A DNA stretch of 64,000 bases from Schmidtea polychroa (taxonomy: Eukaryota). Below the pieces are notes generated by a model. The model was not told where the DNA came from, searched no databases, and saw nothing but the letters and a program-made list of their open reading frames with translations. Below are positions 52,362-63,985 of this stretch, in pieces. Numbering within the stretch: the stretch's first letter is position 1; the number at the start of each line of letters is the position of its first letter. The DNA is taken from contig CM097885.1 of NCBI GenBank assembly GCA_044892525.1, positions 26,724,001 to 26,788,000 of the forward strand, given 5' to 3'. The position numbers and the translations under genes were made by a program.

Positions 52362-53502
52362 AGCATCGTGACAACCAGGCCCATGATCTGTCCTTTGACA
52401 ACAATCGGGGTATAGTTGACCTGTGTAAAATATTAGGTTTACAAATATTTTTCATCTTTATTTATAATAATATCTTTAATGACAACTTATAAATTATATT
52501 TTTAAAATTATGAAATAAAATTTTTTAAGTTAATCAGTTGATAACTATTATTAAATTTATTTTCAAAAATATTATTAAAATGTAAATTTTTCCAAATAAA
52601 ATAATTAAAAAATAAATCGATAATTATTTTTATTTTTTTTATAAAAACCTAATAAAATCTAAAATATAGATTACTTGAAAAAAAATATATCGTAGTTATT
52701 AAATAAATTATCCGATCACATATTTCAATTGTAAAACACTAACATTTTTCTTTTTTGTTCTTCCTGCGAGACTTGTTGGATAATTTTTGGTTGGCATTTG
52801 TCGAAATACTGGGCATGTTTGGGTTTTGAATGGCATTGTTCATTAAATGTGTTTTTATATTTGAAATCATATTTGAATTGTGCATAATAATTTGATTGTT
52901 TTCTGAATATATAATAATATTTTGAATAGTAATATTAATTTAATTTACTTTCTTCATCAATATCCACAGACAAAAAATTGGATCGAATAGAAGCGGAAGT
53001 TGAAGCTAAAACATCTAATAGGAAAATATTAATAAAGTTTTAAAAATTAAATTTATTTTACTTTGCTGTTTGTTTCCTAAACGAGCTTTTTTCGGATTCC
53101 CAATGAAAAAGTCACACATTTCCTAAAACAATAATAAATTCAAGTTTAAAAATAAAAATAATAAATTTACTTTTTCGCGAAATCGATTCTCTTTAGTCAT
53201 GAATTGTTGATTGTTCATATTTTGAAATTTTCTAAAAGTGAAATTAAAAGTAATGTTTATACCTAATATCAAAAAAAAAGATTTACTCACCGACCAATCG
53301 AAATTGAGTATTTGGTGAAATGATAAAATTAGAAAAAATTAGAAAGACATGACTACTAAAATTAAACAAGGAAATGACGAGTATTTTTAACAAAGACAAG
53401 ACTAAGTCATCAAATGAATAACAAAATAAATGTGCAATATAAACAAATGAACAAAGACACATAATACATAAAATACATAAAAACGGAGATACATACAAAA
53501 AA

Positions 53503-54186
53503 ATGTTTGAAATATTAAAGAACTTGCTACCAAATTTGGCACCTGAAAGAATATTACTAGATTTTGAGAAAGCAGCGATGAATGTAGCCAGAATTGCATT
53601 TCCACAGACTGATATGAGAGGCTGTTTTTTTCATTTGGCCCAAAGTATAATAAGAAAAATTAGTTTTGTTGGTCTAAAAACTACTTTTGAAAACAACCTG
53701 GATATGAAACTAAAGCTGAAATCATTAGCAGCATTGTCATTTGTGCCTCCATATGAAGTTAGATCAGTATTTACTAAGCTTGCAGCAACTTATCCGGAAG
53801 AAGAGAATTATAGTGAAATACTGACATATTTTTTTGGCACATATATTGAGGGTGTTCTCTATCCGCTGTTCTCTATTGAATTGTGGAATCATTATGATGC
53901 AGCTTTGGAGAAATCACCGAAAACAACGAATTGCTGCGAGGGATTTCATAATGCATTGAATTCTTTATTCCACTGTAGTCATCCCAGCATTTGGTTTCTA
54001 TTTGATGGATTGCAGCGAGATATAGCTTGCCATAGATTGACACTAGCTAACGCAGAAACGGGTCGTCCTGAAATTAAAAATAGGAAATACCAAAAATTAG
54101 CTGATTCGGTATCTACTATTGTGCAACAATATAGTACAACAGAAGATAAAATTGTATACTTAAGAAAGTTGGCTAATTTACAATAA
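53503..54186 (+). pseudogene. MULE transposase C-terminal half (5' part missing)
   Basis: ILLDFEKAAMN, GCFFHLAQS, LAALSFVP, LWNHY, PKTTNCCEGFHNALN..HPSIW. The first catalytic Asp region is absent. Confidence 0.88.
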
Positions 54187-54210
54187 ATTTAAAATGTATA
54201 TTTGTATTAA

Positions 54211-54559
54211 GTGGTGGGTTACAGGTAATCTGAAATGTCTACCTCCTCATGCTGTTTCCAGCGTAACCCAGAATACAATTGACAGAGATGACCTCCCAAT
54301 CGGTGTCCTGTTGGTGTACCTTGGTCTCCAGCTCCTTCACCCTCAGGCGGAGAGCCCCGCAACTCAACCTGGTCCTGAGCACTCTGGAGTTGTAGTTGAG
54401 CAATCTGCTTCATCCGCTTCTTCATTTCTACTGGCGGAAACCAAGTACTTTCGAATTTGTGGCAATGGGCCTTGATTCAAGTCAGCTTGGCCCGGTATTC
54501 ATCCGTCTGATGTTGCGCCCGTTCTCTGTCCGCCCGCATATCTTCTAGGAGTTTTAGCA
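54211..54559 (-). mobile_element. Unclassified element copy I: coiled-coil exon fused by deletion to the terminal RNA domain
   Basis: After TTTTAG: LKLLEDMRADRERAQHQTDEYRAKLT*IKAHCHKFESTWFPPVEMKKRMKQIAQLQLQSAQDQ, then CTGGGTTAC-GCTGGAAACAGC..AGGTA..TACCT-GTAACCCACCAC. Confidence 0.78.
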
Positions 54560-55574
54560 CTAAAACAAAAACAACATCAATATCTTCTCGCATTATCGTC
54601 AAGTGTTCACGCCTTATTACACATAAAAATAATAGCAATTAAATACAAAATATTCTTCATCACATACACTATCTTCTTATCAAAATCTAAAAAGTCAACC
54701 AACTACTTACAACCAACAACTATGTTCTAACAAATTGATCTTTAAAAGAAAATACTCATCACTTGAAAAATTGGATGACAAATTAATTGAACTCAAGGTA
54801 TCAATAACTTGGTAAAAATTGATTAAATTATTGTAAAACTTAAATTATTCAAAACATACTAAATAAAAAAATGTAATTAATGGACAAGAAAGAACATTAA
54901 ATTTGAATCATTAAGGTACTTGCAAGATTTTTAAGATACTGGATAGTAAATAAAAAATACTAATCATTCAAGTTAATATGAATCAACTAAGTTAATAAAT
55001 AAGATCTAGTAGATAATTGATTTAGATTGAATAAATAAATTAAAATAAATTAGTTTTAATTATTTTTTAAAAGTAATACATGTATAGTCAAATCTAAAAA
55101 TCTAAATTATACACAAAATTCAGTATAAATTCATTACAATTATCAAAGTCGTCAATCTACAATAAAAATAATTATCATTAAATTCCAAGAGACTGATAAC
55201 TAATGATAACATCTAACAAACCAGTAAATTCATTTAAATGGCAATAATTGGTATATCAAAGTGAATTCTCCAATAAAATCATCTAAAAAGCATCAAATTT
55301 CCTTGAAATAACTATCCTTAAAGATTGATATTTTAATGATAAGTACCCGTAAAAGATCATATATTCCCCTCAGACTAATAAGATTCCTTAAAATCCTTTT
55401 AAATGACTATAATTATATCTTTAATTCCTATTATCATACATATTTCACTATTGATAAAACCAGTTATAATTAAATTTTTGTTCTAAATGTAAATCACTCT
55501 ATTTGAAATTTAAAATAAATATTACTGTACAATATAACTGACTAGGTCCCATTGAAAGATTAAATTTATCCATT

Positions 55575-56140
55575 TGTTGGGCTAGAACTGACTTCTAGAC
55601 CCAAATTTTCAATTGTGACTGAAATGCGTAAGTACACAGCATGCAAAAAGCAAAAAGTATAGTTAAATATTAAAAACTACACCAAATAAACAATAGTAAT
55701 TAAAGGAAAAAACAACAAAAACCTAAACACAGAAATTAAATAAAATTATACCAAAAGCAAGAGGTTATGCAAAATAGAACTTGAAAATAACCAAATAAAC
55801 ACAGATAAACATAAAACAGACTCGAATAACTTAAAAGACGATAAAAATCGAAAAATTCCATAAAAATGGCGATGACCATCATAAAAGTCACAATAAAATT
55901 TAGGAAAAATAAATAAATTAGTAATAAAAATAAAAAATATTAAAAAGAAATTCATAAAACATCAGTTAAAATAAAAATTAAATTAAAAGTAATATGGAAT
56001 GTTCTGGAACCGTTCCAAATCCATCATGGACGTAAAATTAATGAAAAATAATTAAAAAATAAAAATTTAAAAATAAAAACAAAAATTATGGCACAAAAAT
56101 TGCCATTAAAAATATCAAAATCGCGAAATAAAAAATTCTG
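55575..56140 (+). mobile_element. LTR-like repeat of the TGTTGGGCTAGAAC family
   Basis: Starts TGTTGGGCTAGAACTGA; collinear with 48845-49400. Confidence 0.6.
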
Positions 56141-57339
56141 GAATAAAAAGAATTCGAGTTTGTTTTAATGCATCAATACATACACGTGTACAAAATAGGT
56201 ATATATACTGACACGTTTCAGTCAGAATTAATCATTATTTTATGCCAAAAATTTCTTTTTGTCAACAGGATATCGATAGTAAGTATTATTGTGTCATTTT
56301 TTTTGTGTACTATTATTTGTGTATTATTACTATTAACTCATCTATGCTAAAAGAGATTGTTAACGATTTTATATTTTTGATTTTTCTTAGATTAACTTTT
56401 TGAGCGATGTACGAATTGATATTCCTGCGTCGTTGTTCAGTCCTGCATTCGATTTGGAAAATTTCATAGGGCATGCCAACATGCATTATCTATATTATAT
56501 TAATCGATATTATACAGCTTTTTTTGTTCGGGTCAGTCAAAGGTCGAACTACTTCATGGTCCTGCCATGGAGTTAGGTCGAGGAAACCCTCCGCCTGACT
56601 CTTTGTATTTATTTAAGCTCAACCGTAAATGGTCGACTCAGCACACAACACTAAGGTTTGTGGAAGTGGTCACAGTGGGGCCATGGAAGCAATATTCTTC
56701 CCGACCTTTTACGTAACATACATTTAAATTCAACATTTAAAATCAGTACAACGAAAAATACCCTAAGGTCGATAAATTGAGTAGAACTCATACCTAAATT
56801 GACACAATTATGCAAATCACAGTAATGTAGATGGTTGACCAGTTATGCTTAGATATATGCCGAATTAGGTTTTCGTAACAGTAATTTATAGTAAGCATAG
56901 TAATAGTAAGGATAAAAATATTCGGCATATGTATAAGTAGAACTTAATAGGTCTTGGAATTCCTTTAGTATAAAAGTAGATATTATGATTCTAAAAAATT
57001 AATCTATTAATCGATTAACCTAAGCCCCTACTTAAAATATTTAGAAATGTATAAGCACTTAACTATAATTTTCCCTGCCAATTATGAAATATAAGTTGCG
57101 AATAAGGTTAATATTTTAGACACGAATTATATCGATCCCGAAAATATAACTATGAATGGGTAAATTTCGAGTGTAAGTTATGGATCGGAAATAATGATAT
57201 ATAGAATTTGAGTGTCGGAATATGCTCATAGCTAACAATATATAACCTATATATACGTGGAACTCGCAATTAGTTACGAAATAAACCTGAAAAATCTGGG
57301 AACCTGCGTTGGATAATTCATAAAAGTTGCATAAAATCG

Positions 57340-57815
57340 AAATTATAAAATATAAAGTTATAAGTTGGAAAATCTAAAGTTATAAATCTTAAAAAATAAA
57401 ATCATAAATTATAAAATTTAAAGTTATAAATCCTAAAATATAAAGTTCTAAATCGTGAAGTATAAAGTTATAAATGATAAAATATAAAGTTATAAATTAC
57501 AAAATCAAAAATTATAAATTAGAAAATATAAAGTTATAAATCCTAAAATATAAACTTATAAATCGTAAATGTAGAGTTATAAATGGTAAAAATATATAGT
57601 TACAAATCCTAAAATATAAACTTATAAATCGCAAATGTAAAGTTATAAATGGCAAAATATAAAGTTATAAACTTATAAATCGTAAATGTAAATTCATAAA
57701 TGATAAAACATAAAGTTATAAACTTATAAATCATGAATGTAGAATTATAACTAGTCAAATACCAAGTTATAAATTATAAAAATAACGTTATAAATCGTAA
57801 AATATAAAGCCATAA
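57340..57815. repeat. ~19-bp AT-rich minisatellite (AAAATATAAAGTTATAAAT-like)
   Basis: Many degenerate tandem units. Confidence 0.85.
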
Positions 57816-58158
57816 ACTGAAAAAAATCAAATATTAGGGAGTATAAAACGCACTTTTATCCATCATGAACCATCAAATTGTAAGTTGAAGATAAAATTAT
57901 AAGTTGTACTTACTTATATATGAAATACTTATAAATGTAAACTACAAGATTAATACGATAATCCCCATCCAGGTATAAATATAAATTATAAAGGTTATGA
58001 TTAACTATTAACGGTAACTACAAAATATAAATAACTATAATAGTTTGCCCTTGACATAAAAGTTTTTAGCCATAAATTACAAATAGATAATAATTATAAG
58101 GTCATTATAATATCATGGTTATTATTACTATTATTATTATCATCTTTATTATTATCGC

Positions 58159-58195
<37 letters not shown>

Positions 58196-58783
58196 GTATC
58201 ATTACTAGTATCATTAATATTATTGTTACTATTAATATCAGTAGTCATATATCACTTAGTTATTATTAGTAATGTGGTTATTTGTCGTATATAATTCAGT
58301 TATATATAGTTACCGTACATCAGTGTTATAAAACCAAAATCATTGACTCTCGACTAAGAAGGAGAAGACGAGCTCCAAGAGGTGAACCTCGAGAAGACAG
58401 CGGGGAAAATAACCGCCAAATATGGAGCTGCAAATCAGGGCAGAAAGGGAGGGGGTGCCCCTGGAAGAATTAGAGGAGGCCGAAGTACCCCCGAGAAAGA
58501 GAGGAAGGCCCCGCAAGCATCAATTGTGAACAAAAGCCGACAACTGACGTAGTACAATAACTTCTTATTTAGTGGGTGTGATTTACTTTGGTGTCTTAAT
58601 TAATGATTAAAATTGACTAGGGCTTATTATTAAATGAAGTGTTTTCCTTTTAAATCGAGTTGTAAGTAACAAGTATATCAATGTCCTAGCGACACATTAC
58701 TAGTATTGATTAATAAGTACAATTATTCGTTGTTCCAGCTCTTTTAGTATGTGTAAAATTAATAACACCCTTTATGTTTTCAG

Positions 58784-59253
58784 TGTATAAGTTAATGGAG
58801 AATCTTCGGAAGGATCGGGAGTAGGCCCAACAACGTGCCGACGAACTCCGGGTCCGAGTGGACAAATTGAAAGGAAAATGTCGGGAGTTCGAGGGGACCT
58901 GGTTTAGTCCCGAAGCGATGAAGAAGAAAACAGCCCAGATCCTCCAGCTGCAAACACAGGCCGCTCAGGACCAAATGGAGATCCGCGCCCTGAAATTGCA
59001 GGTGCGGGCGCTCGAAACCGAGCGAAATGAGCAGTTGGTGCAGGTGGCCGTGGCAGGACAAATACGGCCACTGACCGTGGAACTCGCGGCGATATATCCC
59101 CCAGCCGCCGAAAATAAGCCCAAAAGAAAGCGGCTAGGACGGAACATTCGTGAGAAATTAAAGAAGGCCAGGCTAGCCGAGTACGAAAGGCAAGTGACCT
59201 CATCGCAAACGTCTACGACGGGACTAACCGGTCCTACCAACCGGCCAAGTTGA
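58784..59253 (+). pseudogene. Coiled-coil/basic ORF of the unclassified element, best copy J (one TAG at 58822-58824)
   Basis: TTTTCAG acceptor (AG 58782-58783), ATG at 58795. MENLRKDRE*AQQRADELRVRVDKLKGKCREFEGTWFSPEAM...heptad repeats...KPKRKRLGRNIREKLKKARL. GC-rich island. Confidence 0.8.
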
Positions 59254-59438
59254 ACTTTTATTCCGTGTTATGTATTTCTGTAGTGTGTTTTATATACCTT
59301 GTAGTACTAAAATAATATTTCTTTTGCTTGTTGTTAAAATAATACATATTTTGTAGCGTTAAAATAATGTCTGATATATTTTATAATTGCTTGAGAAAGG
59401 AGAATTTGCGCATAAAGTTGGGAAAACAATTTTGATAA

Positions 59439-59667
59439 GGGACCTGAGAAATCGGACACATACCTTCTATCGGTAGTCCGTGAACCCACGGAGTGCTCGA
59501 CAATTACAGTGCAAGTAGTGCGCTCACTTTTTGCGAGCACTCACTCTCTTGATACAGTACCAACGTTGATCGTTCAACGGGTATCAAGCGGTAAACAATG
59601 TTGCATGTTGGGTTACGCTGGTAACAGCACTAAAGAGCAAAATATTTGACCACCAGTAACCCACCAC
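59439..59667 (+). ncRNA. Structured 3' RNA module, reference copy J
   Basis: D1 CGGAC-ACA-TACC-TTCTATC-GGTA-GTCCG; D2 GAGTGCTCG..AGTGC..GCGCT-CAC..CGAGCACTC; D3 CTTGATAC-AGTACCAA-CGTTGA..TCAACG-G-GTATCAAG; D4 GGGTTAC-GCTG-GTAA-CAGC..GTAACCC; AATAAA at 59672. Confidence 0.78.
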
Positions 59668-60444
59668 ATTCAATAAAATATATTTCTTCAAATGATCATT
59701 TTTTACCGATATTCAAACGATTTAATTACTAATTAAAATCAATCGATAGATTTCTTCCAATAAAGATCAATTTTATTTAGTTGTCGATGTTTTAAGTCCA
59801 TATTTTTCAACTTTTGTCATTCTCCGCCTAAATAAAGATAAAAATAATTTAAAGTTGAAGTCAATCCCAATTATCTGTAAAGATTTCATTGTCAAAACCA
59901 AGTAAATCGATCATTATCCCTACTTAATAAAACATTGTTCTAAATTAATTTACTGTGCATTAATCACAACCTAATAAAACGATATAATTTCATATTATTA
60001 TTGATTCATAACTGACTTATGTATTGGAATTTCCCTTAAAACATTGATATTTTACCAACATCATCCTTTAAAAATCATATATTCCCACCTTATACGATCC
60101 CTCATTAAATCTAACCGATTATAACCCCTTTAAAGATCATATATTCCCATCTTCACCGATCTCTCATTAAACCCAACCGACTATTTTCCCATCTAAACCG
60201 ATCTCTCATTATATCTAATCGATAATATCCCATCTTAACCGATCTCTCAGCAAATATTTCAGTCAACATGAAATTCTTAGAAAATTATTCAATATCCTCA
60301 TCAAAATTTATCCTATCACTTGATTATTGTAAAAACTCTAATTATTAACCTCATTGAAAATAATTTTTATTTAATATTAAAAAAACATCCAATTATCAAG
60401 AAATTAATTAAATTTATCTTAGAATTAGCATTAAATTATTAAAA

Positions 60445-60750
60445 ATTCACGAAAATGATAGATATCCACAAAAATGATAGAAATCCACAAAAATAATAGA
60501 AATTTACAAAAATCAAAGAAATTCACAAAAATGATAAAAATTCATGAAAATGATAGATATCCACAAAAATTACTGATATTCACAAAAAATTATGGAAATT
60601 CATGAAAATGATGGAAATCCACAAAAAACGATAAAAATTCACAAAAATGATAGAAATCTGCAAAAATAATAGAAATTTACAAAAATCAAAGAAATTCACA
60701 AAAATGATAAAAATTCATAAAAATGATAGAAGTTCATAAAAATTATTGAA
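60445..60750. repeat. ~20-bp minisatellite (TCACAAAAATGATAGAAAT-like)
   Basis: Degenerate tandem units. Confidence 0.85.
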
Positions 60751-61319
60751 ATTTACTTGAATATTTACTAAAACCATCAACTCTAAAAATTATCAATGAA
60801 TACCTTAAACAAATTTGCCTAAATAATCATTCAAATAAAAGAATTAAATACTCTTACGACCAGTACCCTTGCGACATATGGGGACAGAATATATTGTCGG
60901 ATAAACTCAGAGTATATATAATAAAACCAATTAACTCATTCAAATTTTTCATTGAATTAGTCAAATTATCATAATTTCGATAAAAATCTTATTCTAAAGT
61001 GGTAAGCAATTGTAGAATAAAAATGAAAAGAGAAATATTCTTTAAACTTTGATAAAATTAGCAATGAAGGTGGTAAGAATCTTCATTAAAGTGAGGAAAT
61101 TATTTATTACTCGATGATAAATTCAAATGGGTGAAAATAATGGGTAGAATAATTCATTAATGGATCATGATAGGTAAATACTGAGAATGGGCATAGATAA
61201 GAAGAAAGTTGATATATTAATTGAATTTATTTAAAATTATTTCATAAAATTCATAAATTTAATAAAAAAAAACTTTTAAAACAAATATTTGTGGGGATGT
61301 TTTAAGTGAATAATTAATA

Positions 61320-61510
61320 AAAATCGGCGGAATATAATTGATTAAATATGGGGGTGGGGGTTATAAGTGAATAATTAATGGAAAATCGGGGGGATATTAG
61401 TGATTAATTAATGGAAAATATAGAATCGGGGGGATACAAGTGATAATAATTAGTGGAAAATAGAGAATCGGGGGGGATATTAGTGATTAATTAATGGAAA
61501 ATAGAGAAAA
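61320..61510. repeat. Degenerate ~40-45-bp tandem repeat with G-runs
   Basis: AATCGGGGGGATATTAGTGATTAATTAATGGAAAA-like units. Confidence 0.7.
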
Positions 61511-62714
61511 TAATATATTTATATAATATGACCCTTGCTAATACAAATAAGGATAGAAAATATATGATTCACAAAGGAAGTTACAATACAATTGCAAGTT
61601 TAATAAAGAAAGATGCAATTCAGATGCAACATTAAAGTCATTCAATAATTGTTTTAAAACATCATATTAATAATAGTAAGGCTGTTTAATAATAATAATA
61701 ATTTAAATAGTAATAATATCAATAATAATAATTATTTTTTGAAATAATAACAATAATTAGAAACTAAAATTGTTTGAAAAAATATAATAATTGTCATAAG
61801 AATTTTTTGTATTTGTACTTAGAAAAATTCGATGGAAATAAAGTTAACGAATCCTGTCAAGTTATGAAAAACTCCTTATCCCCATTTCATGGCAACTTTG
61901 TCAACAGAAGATGTTAAAGTTTTAAAGAAGATGTTTACGAAAATCAATAATGATATCCAAGTAACGAATACAGTGTTTTTCAATGTTCGTCAAGCTCGAT
62001 TTTATGATTCAAGAAATTTCAAGAAATTATGTTTAAGGAGAATGAAAACTTGTATGTCACAATAAAGATTCAAGGATTCAAAGTGGACCAAAACAATATT
62101 TATTCTCCAATACGGAGATTACAACGTGCAAGACATGCTCTTGGTTTTTAATAGATTTTTTAATCAATAAATTTTTAATCAGTTATCTGTTATTGATTTA
62201 AAAATAAAATAATAATAATAATTAATAATAATAATATTTAAATAAATTGAAAGATAATAGGATAGAAAAAAAATTAACAAAGACAGCGGCAATACAGTTG
62301 GAAGTTTAATAAAGAAAGATGCAATTCAGATGCAATATTAAAGTCATTCAATAATTGTTTTTAAAAAATAATATTAATAGTAGTAAGTTTGTTTATTAAT
62401 AATAATATTTTGAAATAATAATAATAATGAGTCATAAAAATTAGGGGGGTAAATGTCTTGTTTTAACTTAGAAAATTTTTTTCACCTGACATGATGGGTT
62501 TGAACCGATGTAGAACAAAGTCCATGAGTCATACACAGACATGATACACCCACGTGAAACCTGACTCACCCTCTACACGATGAGTCATCACTGGAAAGTG
62601 ATGAGTCATAGTTCTTTGTGCCAGCGGGCTCACATCTACCTACTTAGTGTCAATCTCAAATCGCCATTAGCTTCTCCTTTTATAATTAAAAATAATTTGG
62701 AGATACATCTTAAT

Positions 62715-62870
62715 ATCTCCTTCACATTTAATTCTCATCACGCGTAGTTTTCCGTCTTCTCCAGGTGTCCTTTCGATTACCCTCCCCATTGGCCACTTTC
62801 CATTCTCATTCTTTTTGTCTAATAGCCACACTGTTGACCCTGCCTGAACATCATCTTCTAAGTCAATCAG
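62715..62870 (-). pseudogene. Bel/Pao retrotransposon C-terminal (DUF5641-like) fragment
   Basis: VQAGSTVWLLD...GKWPMGRVIERTPGEDGKLRVMRIK. Confidence 0.75.
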
Positions 62871-62889
62871 AATACAATTGATATTCCAA

Positions 62890-63155
62890 GAATGGTATTT
62901 CAAAAGGCCAAATTTCGAGATATGATGTAGATCAAAACCCTTTAAATTATGAAAGATAACAGGAAATTTATGTCTAATTTACCTTGACAGATTGCAATCT
63001 TTGCAAGCTTCACCAAGAAATAAACCGATAACTGAACTAACTAAAAATTTATTTCTCAAAAAAATGATCTGCTGTTTTCAAATTCTATTTGTTGAGTGTC
63101 GGGAATTATCATTTTCTGACAATTTTTATAAAAGTATGGTGTCACTATATACTTC
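62890..63155 (-). pseudogene. Further Maverick pPolB fragment
   Basis: PVIFHNLKGFDLHHI, ACKDCNL; nucleotide match to 38090-38220. Confidence 0.75.
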
Positions 63156-63429
63156 AGCGCTGGTAATACCACCTACTAAAATTACTTGCGGAGGAAGGCT
63201 AAGTGACTTGACTGAGGACTTGAAGTATTACGGTTAAAGGTAATCTGCCCTACATAAAATATATGGCACATGGGGAATATTTTTGGTTTATAATTTATCA
63301 ATTTGGGCTTATCATTTGAAATAGTCGAATTTAGTTGGCAATAAGAAGTTTCCGAATTGGATACCCACTAGATAAGATTACCTCCAGGACCGTTGAATTA
63401 TATACCGATCAAAAAAGATTTAAGTTACC

Positions 63430-63985
63430 TTTTTTTAAACTTTTTATTCGCGTGGTTGCATAGTCCAGTTCATCTTCACTTTCCTCATAGCACCTGCTTT
63501 ATTATTGCCGTATAAATAACTTATTTTCTCTACCCTCTTGTCATATTTATTAGTGTAATTTTTGAGTTCTTAAAACTATAAAGTTGTCCTTATTCTAAAT
63601 GGCTGTACTGTAAAAATCATTTTTCAGAATTTTTCAGTCTTCTAATTTAAAGCAGTATCGTCAACATACTGCTTTTTTTCGAGTTATGCTAGCTTATCAA
63701 GAATTGGATTCAGTTTTATATCTTCTGTCATTCAACCCATTACAGTTCCTTCAGAGATGTCGTATTGTTATGTTTACTTTCGAAACTCCACTCCTTAATT
63801 TAACAATAATGTCACGGCTTTTCTGTGACAACATCATAAATACTATAATTAAGCACTATTCAAAATATATGCAGTACATTACAAAACTTTCCCCTTGAAT
63901 ACTGGAGCTTTTGTTTACAAATAAAAAATATATTTTACATTAATATTTTCAACTGTACTTTGTTTTGTTGTTCGGTTGTTTTCTT
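63430..63985 (-). pseudogene. Second pogo/Tigger-like remnant
   Basis: Collinear match to 42710-43460. Confidence 0.6.

Noticed and set aside
58858..59253. Deltavirus antigen or Obelisk-like origin of the coiled-coil protein
   Set aside because: Only compositional similarity; no rod-like self-complementarity or delta ribozymes seen.
59655..59667. TAACCC as telomerase template or telomeric repeat
   Set aside because: Single unit that is paired within the D4 stem; no telomeric arrays in the window.
57340..60750. Minisatellites as possible CRISPR arrays
   Set aside because: No unique spacers, degenerate units, no cas genes, eukaryotic context.
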